A program made the translations under genes and the position numbers. From NCBI GenBank assembly GCA_038890745.1, contig JAWAFD010000001.1, positions 218,704 through 282,703 of the forward strand: a stretch of DNA of 64,000 bases, in the 5' to 3' direction. Within the stretch, counting starts at the first letter, position 1, and each line of letters opens with the position of its first letter. Shown in pieces: positions 1-9,011 of this stretch. A model generated the notes under the pieces. It was not told the origin of the DNA, did no database searches, and saw nothing but the letters and a program-made list of their open reading frames with translations. The stretch comes from Candidatus Anstonellales archaeon. Lineage in GTDB: Archaea; Micrarchaeota; Micrarchaeia; Anstonellales; J096.

Positions 1-78
1 TTGATCTCCATGCTATCGCTTTCTTTCTTATCAGAAAAACTTTATAAAGTTGCTATATAAAACAATATAGGGGTTTTT

Positions 79-855
79 ATGAAGCTCAGGGAGAAGTTTA
101 TCAAAAAAGCGCGCGCTGGGATAAAAGAAGCCGGCGAAAAAAAGGATGCCTATCTTGCTAATGTTGAGAGAACGCTCGAAGAAATAGATGAGGTAATAAA
201 CATTCTTGCGGAGAGGCTTGAAGACTGGTACGGGCTTTACTTTCCGGAGCTTAAAAGCGATGATAAGGCAAGGTACGCATCAATCGTTCTTGCAATAGAA
301 GATAGAAAAAATATAGATGTTGATGAGCTGCGCAAGATTGCGGGAAAGAATGCAGAAAAAATTGCTGAATTGGGAAAAAGAAGCAGCGGCGCAGAAGAGT
401 TTGACCTCTCAGAACCGAAAAAACTTGCTGGCGAGATTGTTTCTTTGGCTCAGCTTCGCTCCCACTATGAAAAAACTATTGAGAGGATTGCAAAAGAAAT
501 CTGCCCGAATGCAACAGAGATCGCAGGTGGGAGGATAGTTGCAATGCTGATTGCCCATGCCGGAAGTTTGGAAAGACTTTCAAAAATGCCTGCCTCAACC
601 ATACAGGTTCTTGGCGCAGAAAAGGCACTCTTCAAACATCTTAGGAACAAGAAAAAGATTGCACCCCCAAAACACGGCATACTTTTTTTGCATCAGTGGA
701 TAAGCAAGGCACCGAAAAAAGTTCGTGGAAAACTTGCCAGGACTATTGCGGCAAAGCTCGCAATAGCGTTTAAGGTTGATTATGGAAAGGGAGGGTTTAT
801 AGGTGATAAATTAAAGGCGCAGATAGATAAAAGGAGGAGGGAGCTCCTAAAATGA
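79..855 (+). CDS. nop5: C/D-box RNP protein Nop5 (Nop56/58 family)
   Basis: Motifs WYGLYFPEL, PASTIQVLGAEKALF, PPKHGILF. Confidence 0.95.
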   Translation: MKLREKFIKKARAGIKEAGEKKDAYLANVERTLEEIDEVINILAERLEDWYGLYFPELKSDDKARYASIVLAIEDRKNIDVDELRKIAGKNAEKIAELGKRSSGAEEFDLSEPKKLAGEIVSLAQLRSHYEKTIERIAKEICPNATEIAGGRIVAMLIAHAGSLERLSKMPASTIQVLGAEKALFKHLRNKKKIAPPKHGILFLHQWISKAPKKVRGKLARTIAAKLAIAFKVDYGKGGFIGDKLKAQIDKRRRELLK

Positions 856-1490
856 TCCGCATCCTCGCGCTTGCAGACCTGCACAATGATGAAATGGTTT
901 TGGACCGGCTGAGGGTTTTGGAATCGGATAGAAAGTATGATTATTTGGTTGTTGCCGGTGATGTTACCGGAAAAAATATAAGCTACGCACAGGATTTCAT
1001 AAGCATCGTTCAGCAGGTATTCTGGGTTCCCGGGAATAATGAAAGTGAAGAGGTAAGAAGGATGTTTGAGGATGCAAAATTTTCTGTTCATGGAAAAAGG
1101 GTTGAGATAAAGGAAGGGTTTAATGTCGTTGGTTTTGGTTTCTCCACCCCAACCCCTTTCAAAACCCCAGGTGAGATGCCTGAGGAGGAGATATACGCCC
1201 ATATGTCTTCTCTGAAAATAGATGCAAACACCATTCTCATAACGCATTCCCCTCCCCATGGACTTTTTGACAGCATTGGGGAAGGGATAAACATAGGAAG
1301 TAGATCGATTAGAAAAATCATAGAGGAGAAACAACCCAAGCTTGCGCTATTTGGTCATGTTCATGAGCACTTTGGCAAAGCAAACATTGGAAGGACGATA
1401 TGCATAAAAATACCGCATGCCCCATCCCTCAAAGCTGCTGCTGTTGAAATCAGGCACGGGCATGCAGAAGTGTATTTTGTGGAAATATGA
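852..1490 (+). CDS. Calcineurin-like metallophosphoesterase
   Basis: DLH, GD, PGNNE, THSPP, GHVHE motifs. Confidence 0.9.
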   Translation: MIRILALADLHNDEMVLDRLRVLESDRKYDYLVVAGDVTGKNISYAQDFISIVQQVFWVPGNNESEEVRRMFEDAKFSVHGKRVEIKEGFNVVGFGFSTPTPFKTPGEMPEEEIYAHMSSLKIDANTILITHSPPHGLFDSIGEGINIGSRSIRKIIEEKQPKLALFGHVHEHFGKANIGRTICIKIPHAPSLKAAAVEIRHGHAEVYFVEI

Positions 1491-1882
1491 TCAGAATACG
1501 CGCTTTAGAGAATAAAGAAAAGAAGCGAATAAAGCCGTTCATCTCAAAAATATTTCCGAATGCAAATTTTACAATAAAAAATTCTGATGAGATATTTGTT
1601 TATGAGATAGATTCCTCACCGGTTGCGTTTGCCCACTTAAGGGAATACCTGCGCGGAACTGTCCTTCTCGGTTTTGGTGTTTTGGAGGATTTCAGAGGAC
1701 AAGGAATAGGAAAACAACTTCTTTCCTTTGTTGTTAATCTTGCTGAGAAATCCCATAAAACAATATACCTAAAAGTGAGGAAAAACAACCATGCGGCAGT
1801 TTCTCTTTATAAAAGTTTTGGATTTAGAATAATAAAACGCAAGGGCGACAGACTCATAATGAAGCGCGCTTGCTTCAGTTAG
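1487..1882 (+). CDS. GNAT family N-acetyltransferase
   Basis: Motif A FRGQGIG; N..AVSLYKSFGF. Confidence 0.9.
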   Translation: MIRIRALENKEKKRIKPFISKIFPNANFTIKNSDEIFVYEIDSSPVAFAHLREYLRGTVLLGFGVLEDFRGQGIGKQLLSFVVNLAEKSHKTIYLKVRKNNHAAVSLYKSFGFRIIKRKGDRLIMKRACFS

Positions 1883-1885
1883 AAT

Positions 1886-1997
1886 GGGGAAGTGGGGTAA
1901 TCTGGTTAGCCTGCGAGCTTTGGGAGCTTGCGATCCCGGTTCAAAGAGCCCTATTCAGTTGGATGGTAGAAAGGGCTTGGAAATCCGGGCTTCCCCA
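1886..1997 (+). tRNA. tRNA-Pro(UGG) with 38-nt non-canonical intron at position 59/60 (1946-1983)
   Basis: Acceptor GGGGAAG/CTTCCCC; anticodon arm CGAGC-TTTGGGA-GCTTG; T-arm CCCGG-TTCAAA|T-CCGGG interrupted by a hairpin intron that forms a BHB. Confidence 0.92.
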
Positions 1998-2038
1998 CTA
2001 AACCTCGGGAGGAATACCGATGTCGTTTGCCGAAAGGC

Positions 2039-2101
2039 TTACTTAAGTTATTTTTAAATTTACTTAACCTAACTTAAGTAAAATCCAAATTTACTTAAGT
2101 T
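2039..2101. promoter_or_regulatory. Cluster of ACTTAAGT palindromes upstream of ATPase gene (putative operator)
   Basis: ACTTAAGT at 2041, 2072, 2093 and ACTTAACC at 2062, abutting a TATA-like TTTAAAAA at 2100. Confidence 0.55.
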
Positions 2102-2129
2102 TAAAAATTTTTAGGTTATACATCCACAT

Positions 2130-3185
2130 ATGTACTTTGAAATAGAACCTAAAAGTAAGAAAAAAGATTTTTTTAACTATGAAAACGAATACGAGCAGAT
2201 AAAAAAAGCATTGGAAAGAAAGGAAAAGATAATAGCCGTAGTGGGTGTAAGAAGGGTGGGGAAGACCAGCCTACTCAATGTGATCTACAACGAATCAAAA
2301 AATCTTAAATTGTGGATAGATGGTAGAATTGTCAAAAATCCTAAAAAGGAGTTGTTGGCTGCTATTTATGAAACTGCGAAAGGAGGCAGGTCTAAAATAT
2401 TTGGTAGGATAGAAGGATTAGGGGTATCTTTTTTTGGATTGGGTTTTGATATAAAATTAGAAAATAAAACAATAACCGAAATGGAGAAAAAGATAAAGAA
2501 TTCTGGCAGGATGTATGTGTTTATAGATGAAGCCCAGAGAATGGAGGGAGAAGAGCTGGGAGATGTTCTGTCATATTTTTACGATCGATTGCCAAATGTC
2601 TCTTTTATACTTTCGGGAAGCGAGATAGGATTGATGGAAAAGGTTATAGGTGAAAAGGATGCTCAACATCCCCTGTATGGTAGGGAGATCACAAAGATAC
2701 ACCTTAAAAGGTTGGATAAGAACAGATCGATGGAGTATTTGAAGATTGGTTTTAAGCAGCTAGGTTTGAAAATAGAAAAAGAGGAAATCGAGAAAGCTGT
2801 TGAAGAGCTTGATGGTTTAATAGGATGGCTTACTCTGTATGGATATGAGTCCGGAATCAAAAAGGATAGGAATGCCCTTGAAAGAACAGTAGAGAGAGCA
2901 GCCATGATCGCAGCTTCTGAACTCAATAGTTTTCTCAAAAATGCTAGAGACAAAAAATTGTACCTAACCATCCTTAGAAATTGTGTAGGGGTTGGATGGG
3001 ATGAGCTCCATTTTCGCGTGAGTAAAGGAATTGGCAAACAGATCAATCCGAATCTTTTTAACTTTTGTTTGGAAAGGCTTTTGACATACTCGTTTGTAGA
3101 AAAAAAGAATAAAAAGTACTATCTCGCTGACCCGATTTTGCAGAAATCTACATTTTTGCTTAGGGGCCATGGAATGATGGTATGA
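2130..3185 (+). CDS. Archaeal P-loop ATPase (ATPase_2/MJ-PH type) with probable C-terminal wHTH
   Basis: Walker A GVRRVGKTS, Walker B VFIDEAQ, ILSGSE, PLYGR, C-terminal YYLADP. Confidence 0.88.
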   Translation: MYFEIEPKSKKKDFFNYENEYEQIKKALERKEKIIAVVGVRRVGKTSLLNVIYNESKNLKLWIDGRIVKNPKKELLAAIYETAKGGRSKIFGRIEGLGVSFFGLGFDIKLENKTITEMEKKIKNSGRMYVFIDEAQRMEGEELGDVLSYFYDRLPNVSFILSGSEIGLMEKVIGEKDAQHPLYGREITKIHLKRLDKNRSMEYLKIGFKQLGLKIEKEEIEKAVEELDGLIGWLTLYGYESGIKKDRNALERTVERAAMIAASELNSFLKNARDKKLYLTILRNCVGVGWDELHFRVSKGIGKQINPNLFNFCLERLLTYSFVEKKNKKYYLADPILQKSTFLLRGHGMMV

Positions 3186-3838
3186 AAGAAAAATTTTCAG
3201 GCGTTTTTGAGGAGAAAAAAGAGCTTTACACGCTCAACATGGTTAGGGGGGAGAGGGTTTATGGTGAAAAACTGATTGTTGCTGAAGGAAAGGAATACAG
3301 AAGATGGGACCCTTTCAGGAGCAAGCTCGCTGCCGCAATAAAAAACGGGCTGAAGAATTTTCCCTTCTCTAAAAAAACAAAACTCCTTTATCTAGGCGCG
3401 TCAACAGGAACAACGGTAAGCCATCTTTCTGATATTATAACAGATGGCGAGATATACGCTGTTGAGGTCTCGCCTCAGGCGATGAGGTCTCTCATGGAGG
3501 TTGCTGAGAAAAGGGAGAACATAGTTCCCATCCTTGCGGATGCAAGAAAGCCAGAATCCTACGCTGAGATAGGTAAAGTAGATGGAATATACCAGGATGT
3601 TGCCCAGCCTGACCAGGATGATATTTTAATTTTGAATTCAAAAAAATTTTTAAAAAAAGGCGGGTATGCTTTCTTCTGCGTCAAGAGCCAGAGTATAGAT
3701 GTCACAAAAAAACCAGAAGAGGTTTTTGAGGATGTTAAGAGAAAAATTGAAAAATATTTTGAGATAGAAGAAGAAATCCGTTTAGAGCCTTATGATAAGG
3801 ACCATCTCCTTCTTGTTTTGAGGTTTAAGGGTTTTTAA
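3182..3838 (+). CDS. flpA: Fibrillarin rRNA 2'-O-methyltransferase
   Basis: VYGE, WDPFRSKLAAAI, LYLGASTGTTVSH, DVAQPDQ. Confidence 0.97.
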   Translation: MKEKFSGVFEEKKELYTLNMVRGERVYGEKLIVAEGKEYRRWDPFRSKLAAAIKNGLKNFPFSKKTKLLYLGASTGTTVSHLSDIITDGEIYAVEVSPQAMRSLMEVAEKRENIVPILADARKPESYAEIGKVDGIYQDVAQPDQDDILILNSKKFLKKGGYAFFCVKSQSIDVTKKPEEVFEDVKRKIEKYFEIEEEIRLEPYDKDHLLLVLRFKGF

Positions 3839-3892
3839 TGGTTTTTAATGTTATCTATAATGTTTAAAAATGTTTTCTTACTACGTTATATC

Positions 3893-4822
3893 ATGCGTTT
3901 CATGCGGAATCTGACAAAAGAAGAAAAGGTTATGCTTGATAGAAAGATAGAGGAAGTTCTGCCCATGATTGAAGACATAACCGGACTAAAATTTAAAGCA
4001 AAACCAGAGGTAGAGGTCTCATGGAAGAAGCCGTTTATTACCACGGTTAAGGCATTTTTTTACCTCTGGCCAACTGTGAAAGGACTTAGTCGTTGGTTAA
4101 ACCTAAGAACGCTTCGAGAAGGAGGGATGGCAATCCAATACCCAGAAAGCAATTCAATATGGATAAACCCAAAGCTTGGAAGCGGTCTGGAACCAATCTT
4201 GGTCCATGAGTTGGTCCATGTTTTGGACTATCAAAATTCCACACATCCAGTACTTAAGATAGCAGCAACCACAAGAAGAGAGCTTGTGCCTCTTAAATCT
4301 AATTATCAATTTGACCTCCTAAGGGCTTTGACAGAGGGAAGAGCGACCTTCCTCCAGTATTTCTATGCTAAAAGAGATTTAGACAGTGTGTACCATATGG
4401 CCGCGCCTGGGTTTGAAGGCTTTAAGGAAAAAAAGAAGCTTTTGCCATTGGACATTTTAACTCATTTTGGTTCATGGATTTGTTTAGGTATGGTTTCAGG
4501 TATAGTTTCACTAATTCCGTTGTACTATTTCTGGACATCTAGGAATGCAGCAGGGGTGTTATTCTCAAGTTTGCTGCCCGCAGTATACCTCCTCGCCACA
4601 GCAAAAAGATATAACCCCTATATGCTTCAGCTATTCGTCAAGCCAATCCATCGTTTGATCATTCTTGATCCATACTCACCAGGTTTTTATTTTATGGCAA
4701 GCGTTGCAAAGGAGATAGGGGTAAAGGAAGCATTTCAGATTACGCTTCAGAACCCTCCATCGAGCTTGGAAGAGCTGATGGAGCCGTGGAGGTATGTGGA
4801 AAGGATAACCCGACCTAGCTAA
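3893..4822 (+). CDS. Zincin-like (HEXXH) putative metalloprotease with two TM segments
   Basis: LVHELVH...TEGRA; hydrophobic hairpin in C-terminal half; start chosen downstream of TATA at ~3863. Confidence 0.6.
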   Translation: MRFMRNLTKEEKVMLDRKIEEVLPMIEDITGLKFKAKPEVEVSWKKPFITTVKAFFYLWPTVKGLSRWLNLRTLREGGMAIQYPESNSIWINPKLGSGLEPILVHELVHVLDYQNSTHPVLKIAATTRRELVPLKSNYQFDLLRALTEGRATFLQYFYAKRDLDSVYHMAAPGFEGFKEKKKLLPLDILTHFGSWICLGMVSGIVSLIPLYYFWTSRNAAGVLFSSLLPAVYLLATAKRYNPYMLQLFVKPIHRLIILDPYSPGFYFMASVAKEIGVKEAFQITLQNPPSSLEELMEPWRYVERITRPS

Positions 4823-5904
4823 ATATACCCCAAAAGATGCGCGACCATCAAGAAGAATACCCCTAGCAACAGGATCCCAGAAATTAGATGAATGGTTCTT
4901 ATATACTTTTCCTTTGTTTCGCTTATTTTCTGCACTGTTGCATACCCAGTAACGATTAGGGCAGTAATCATAACCATTGGAAGAACAAAAAACAGATTAT
5001 ACACTAGTAGATACATGATATGGAGCGCGCTGGCCTCTTTTGCAAGAAGCCCAAGAACCATAAGATAAGGACCAGAAGAGCATGGGAGTAAAAACAAAGA
5101 GCACAGAACAGCCGCGACAATCACACCAGGTAATGATGTTGCTTTTTCTATTGCTTTTTTTGCATAAGGCCTGAGAACCATTGGCATCTCAACAGCAAAA
5201 AATCCAGGCTTATAATTAAAGTATGCATTTATCTCCATGATTGCAAGAACGAGCGCGAGAACTGTCACAACAGTAAAAAATATTTCAGTAAGTCCTGATG
5301 TTGTCACAACCCTAAGTATCCCGAGCCCAAAAAGCAAGTACATCACAAACACGGTTCCAGTAAAAACAATTCCAGCAAGAAGGGTTTCTTTCCTTCCCTT
5401 CGAGAGCAGTATCACAGCCAAAAGCATTGCCATCACTGCAAGCGTGCATGGGTTTATGGAATCAACAAGCGCAGCGGCTATCAGCACGCTCCATGTTAAT
5501 CCCGCGCTCGGTTTGCTCACGATGTTTGAAAAATCATTTGCGCTGTAAACTCCTTCCAAACAATTCCCGGCGAGGCACTGCTCAAAAACATACTCCCAGT
5601 ATTCCTTTGGCATCTCACCTATTACAAGCATCTTATTATTTACGAGTGTTGTGGGGACTCCGCCGGAATACGGATTAAATCTAAACCTTTCATACAGCGC
5701 AAACATCTCATTCCTATTTTCATAGTTTTGATACACCTCTTTTTCAACAATGTTTAGGGTATAGTTTTTTTTCAGTTCTTCAAAAACAGCTTCTGTCCTT
5801 GCGCAGTGCGGGCATCCAACACCATAGTAGAATGTGATGTTTATCTGCTGTGCAAAAAGTACACTCAACAAAGCAAAAAGAAAAAACAAATTCCTTATCT
5901 TCAC
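4819..5904 (-). CDS. Thioredoxin-domain / CcdA-like membrane disulfide-exchange protein
   Basis: Signal peptide, CPHC thioredoxin motif, membrane cysteines DSINPC and LLPCS, about 6 TM. Confidence 0.85.
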   Translation of the reverse strand: MKIRNLFFLFALLSVLFAQQINITFYYGVGCPHCARTEAVFEELKKNYTLNIVEKEVYQNYENRNEMFALYERFRFNPYSGGVPTTLVNNKMLVIGEMPKEYWEYVFEQCLAGNCLEGVYSANDFSNIVSKPSAGLTWSVLIAAALVDSINPCTLAVMAMLLAVILLSKGRKETLLAGIVFTGTVFVMYLLFGLGILRVVTTSGLTEIFFTVVTVLALVLAIMEINAYFNYKPGFFAVEMPMVLRPYAKKAIEKATSLPGVIVAAVLCSLFLLPCSSGPYLMVLGLLAKEASALHIMYLLVYNLFFVLPMVMITALIVTGYATVQKISETKEKYIRTIHLISGILLLGVFFLMVAHLLGYI

Positions 5905-5918
5905 TTATACCACCAAAT

Positions 5919-6020
5919 TCCCGTCGGGCGGACTTGAACCACCAACCTGCCGGTCTCCACAGGCACGTTTGCCCTGCGCTGAAGCTACAGCCGGCCGCTC
6001 TACCGTTGAGCTACGACGGG
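5919..6020 (-). tRNA. tRNA-Tyr(GUA) with 30-nt canonical 37/38 intron (5955-5984)
   Basis: Reverse complement CCCGTCG...GCCGG-CTGTAG|A-CCGGC...GGTGG TTCAAGT CCGCC CGACGGG A; C1-G72 pair typical of archaeal Tyr. Confidence 0.95.
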
Positions 6021-6060
6021 TTAAACGTATTATACCCTCTATATAGAGTTGCAAAACAAA

Positions 6061-7644
6061 TTAAAAGGTTTGGCTTATTTCACCGAGCAATACCCTCTGG
6101 AACTCTATCGGATACCATGCATCCAGAGCCTTTATCGCAAAGTCAAGCTTCTCCTCGCTCTCAGCATATATATCAAACAGTATATCTCCTTTCTCAACCC
6201 TATCCCCTTTTGCTCTGTAAAGGTATATACCGGCTCCTTTATCCGTAGGCGCACCCGCAGCCCTCGCAATCTTAGAAATTTTCTTATTATCTATATGGGC
6301 TATCTTTCCGCTCCTATCTGCTTTTACAGAATATTTATGTTCTCCTAAAGGAATAGTATCTGATCTTATGTTCGGATTTCCTCCTTGCGCTTCTATTATC
6401 TCCCTCATTTTCTTTAATGCCTTTCCGCTCAGGATGAAATGCTCTGCAACAGCATACCCATCTCCCTTTGCAACCTTACCGGCCATTTCCAACAATTTAC
6501 CGGCAAGAAGTAAACTCTTATGTTTAAGGTCCTCAGGTCCCCTTCCCTCAAGAACCTGCAAAACATCCCTTGCCTCAAGTGCCGGCCCTATCCCATTTCC
6601 AACCGGTTCAGACCCATCCGTAATCAACACATCTATGTTCATGTTTATCATTTTTCCTATTTTTATGAAATCGTTCGCAAGCTCCTTTGCCTTCTCCAAA
6701 TCCTCTATTTTTGCGCCTATGCCTACCGGAATGTCTATTACAACATGCTCCGCGCCAACAGCCTTTTTCTTTGCAAGTATGCTTGCAAGAAGAACACCCT
6801 TCGGGTCCAAGCTAAGCGGTCTTCTTATCTTTATGAGCTTATCATCGGCCGAGGCTATGTTTATTCCCCCTCCCCAAACTATCGCCCCATGCACCCTACT
6901 TACTATATCCCTCATTTCATTCATCTTTATGTTTACATTTGCAAAAACTTCCATCGTGTCTGCGGTTCCAGCCGCAGAGGTAATTGCCCGGGAGGATGTT
7001 TTTGCTATATACAGGCCAGCTGCGGCAACGATTGGCACAATCACCATTGTTGTTCTGTTTCCAGCAACCCCACCTATGCAATGTTTATCCACTATCGGGG
7101 ATTTTCCCAATTGAAGCATTTCTCCAGATGCGGCAATCGCATTTGTAAGTGCAACCGTTTCCCTATCGGTCATCCCTCGTACATATGTAGAAGCTATCCA
7201 CATCGCGAGCTCGGGTTCATCCAATTTATTTGCCATCAGATCGCTTATCACTGATTCGATCTCCTCAGCAGAAAGCTCATTTCCATCGAGTTTTTTCCTT
7301 ATCGATTCTAAACTTACTGGCGTTGGGATGTGCTGTATCTCTATTATGTCCCCATCATGTAGATCCAGCTCCTTTGCCACATCCTTAAAAACACCTATCT
7401 CCCCTGCTTTCACCATCTCGCTGCTGAGGTCCACTATTGCAGTGTGATCCTCACCCCGAATTCTCAAACCTATCCTTTGCCCAGGGTAGATTTCATTCTG
7501 CATAGCTTCCCTGTCATTCAAAACTATTATTCTTTTTCCTGTAAAAATATCTATTGTTTTAACCTGGCAGATATACTTTTTGTATTTCCATACCTCCATC
7601 TCTTTTTTCTCTCTTTCAGAGGGTGCTTCGACATAATCCGCCAT
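6061..7644 (-). CDS. deoA: AMP phosphorylase (thymidine phosphorylase family)
   Basis: DKHCIGGVAGN, KTSSRAITSAAGTAD, GIGPALEA, with N-terminal extra domain of AMPpases. Confidence 0.93.
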   Translation of the reverse strand: MADYVEAPSEREKKEMEVWKYKKYICQVKTIDIFTGKRIIVLNDREAMQNEIYPGQRIGLRIRGEDHTAIVDLSSEMVKAGEIGVFKDVAKELDLHDGDIIEIQHIPTPVSLESIRKKLDGNELSAEEIESVISDLMANKLDEPELAMWIASTYVRGMTDRETVALTNAIAASGEMLQLGKSPIVDKHCIGGVAGNRTTMVIVPIVAAAGLYIAKTSSRAITSAAGTADTMEVFANVNIKMNEMRDIVSRVHGAIVWGGGINIASADDKLIKIRRPLSLDPKGVLLASILAKKKAVGAEHVVIDIPVGIGAKIEDLEKAKELANDFIKIGKMINMNIDVLITDGSEPVGNGIGPALEARDVLQVLEGRGPEDLKHKSLLLAGKLLEMAGKVAKGDGYAVAEHFILSGKALKKMREIIEAQGGNPNIRSDTIPLGEHKYSVKADRSGKIAHIDNKKISKIARAAGAPTDKGAGIYLYRAKGDRVEKGDILFDIYAESEEKLDFAIKALDAWYPIEFQRVLLGEISQTF

Positions 7645-7668
7645 AGTAGAGAATATTGCCGATTGTTT

Positions 7669-8211
7669 TTAAACCTTTTTCTTTTTGCCGTTATTTTTTC
7701 CTTCATTTTCTATTACAACAACATCTTCAAGCGTAATCATATGATCTGTTTTTTCTCCGTACATCATTCCTTTCTTTTCCGCAGCTTTTTTCATTTTCAG
7801 TTTTTCATACAAACCTTTAAGCTCCTTGCGTATTGTTTTTAGTTTCTTTTCGACCTCATCTGTTTTTACCTTTATTTCGTTCAGGTCGTTCTCAACAAGC
7901 TTAAGTTTTTTCCTTGCCCTGAAAACACTTTTGTACTTGGATAGCTCCTTCTCTAGCTCCATTATCTTTTTCACAATCGCCCTTTCCATCTGGGGGGTAT
8001 GAGCCTGCGTGGCAACCTTAAACTCAAGCCCCTTAAGCTGCTTCATCAGATTATCTACCCGTACATCCTTTGTTTTTTCAACAAAAGGAAGAAGCGCCTT
8101 ATGCTCCATGGTTTTGTACCTAAGCCGGTTGTTAAGTGTTTTTATCTCCTCTATCAGCGCCTTCTTTTCTTCCTCAAGTTGCTTTATGCGCTCTTCTATT
8201 TCGCTTCCCAT
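7669..8211 (-). CDS. Coiled-coil protein (archaeal COG1340-like)
   Basis: K/E-rich heptads; LEFKVATQAHTPQMERAIVKKI. Confidence 0.6.
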   Translation of the reverse strand: MGSEIEERIKQLEEEKKALIEEIKTLNNRLRYKTMEHKALLPFVEKTKDVRVDNLMKQLKGLEFKVATQAHTPQMERAIVKKIMELEKELSKYKSVFRARKKLKLVENDLNEIKVKTDEVEKKLKTIRKELKGLYEKLKMKKAAEKKGMMYGEKTDHMITLEDVVVIENEGKNNGKKKKV

Positions 8212-8288
8212 GAGATCACATAACCAGCCAGTTTTTATTTTATACTATTCAGCAATAGCTTTAAAAAGTATGATGGAAATTCCTTTTC

Positions 8289-8996
8289 ATGCTTTCAGTC
8301 ATTCTTGTTGAGCCAGAACGAGAAATAAATGTTGGTATGGTTGCGCGGGTGATGAAGAACACGGGTTTTTCCGACTTGATAATAATAAACCCAAAATGCA
8401 AAATTGGAAAAAAGGCGCTCATGTTTTCAAAACACGGCTCGGATGTTTTGAAAAATGCAAAAATTTTCAAAACCATAAATTCAGCAGTGAGAAATTTTGA
8501 TTATGTAATAGGAACTACGGGTGTAGTAAAAAGACATAAAAAAACAGATCGTGCTGTTATTCCTTTACAGAAGTTTCTTAAACGTGCGGGCCCGTACCTT
8601 TCCCGCAGGACAGCGATTGTTTTTGGAAGAGAAGGAATAGGGCTCACCTCTCAGGAGATAGACCTATGCGATCTTTTACTCTCCATAGAAGCAAACCCTT
8701 CCTACCCGGTTTTTAACATTTCGCATGCAGCTGCGATAATTCTCTACTCCCTTTCGCAGAACAAAAACAAAAAGCCCACCGGCATAGAACCGCTGGCAAG
8801 CAAGGAGGAAAGGAAAAAACTGGAGCTTCTTTTTAGACAGATATCCTCATGCTACCCCCTGAGAAATCCTCGCAGGGTGAATGCTTCCTGGAAAAAGGTA
8901 CTCTCAAAATCCATGCTAACTGAAAAAGAAGCGCGTTCCCTGCTTAAAATTTTCCGTCTCATTTCAGATGACATTAGCAAAATTAAAAAACATTAG
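8289..8996 (+). CDS. trmJ: TrmJ-family SPOUT tRNA 2'-O-methyltransferase
   Basis: VEPE..INVGMVARVMKNTG, FGREGIGLT, YPVFNISHA. Confidence 0.88.
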   Translation: MLSVILVEPEREINVGMVARVMKNTGFSDLIIINPKCKIGKKALMFSKHGSDVLKNAKIFKTINSAVRNFDYVIGTTGVVKRHKKTDRAVIPLQKFLKRAGPYLSRRTAIVFGREGIGLTSQEIDLCDLLLSIEANPSYPVFNISHAAAIILYSLSQNKNKKPTGIEPLASKEERKKLELLFRQISSCYPLRNPRRVNASWKKVLSKSMLTEKEARSLLKIFRLISDDISKIKKH

Positions 8997-9011
8997 CATA
9001 GAATATTTTGT

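Noticed and set aside
5834-6348. ORFs 5834-6046, 5850-6248 and 6049-6348
   Set aside because: Antisense to tRNA-Tyr and AMP phosphorylase; no protein-like features.
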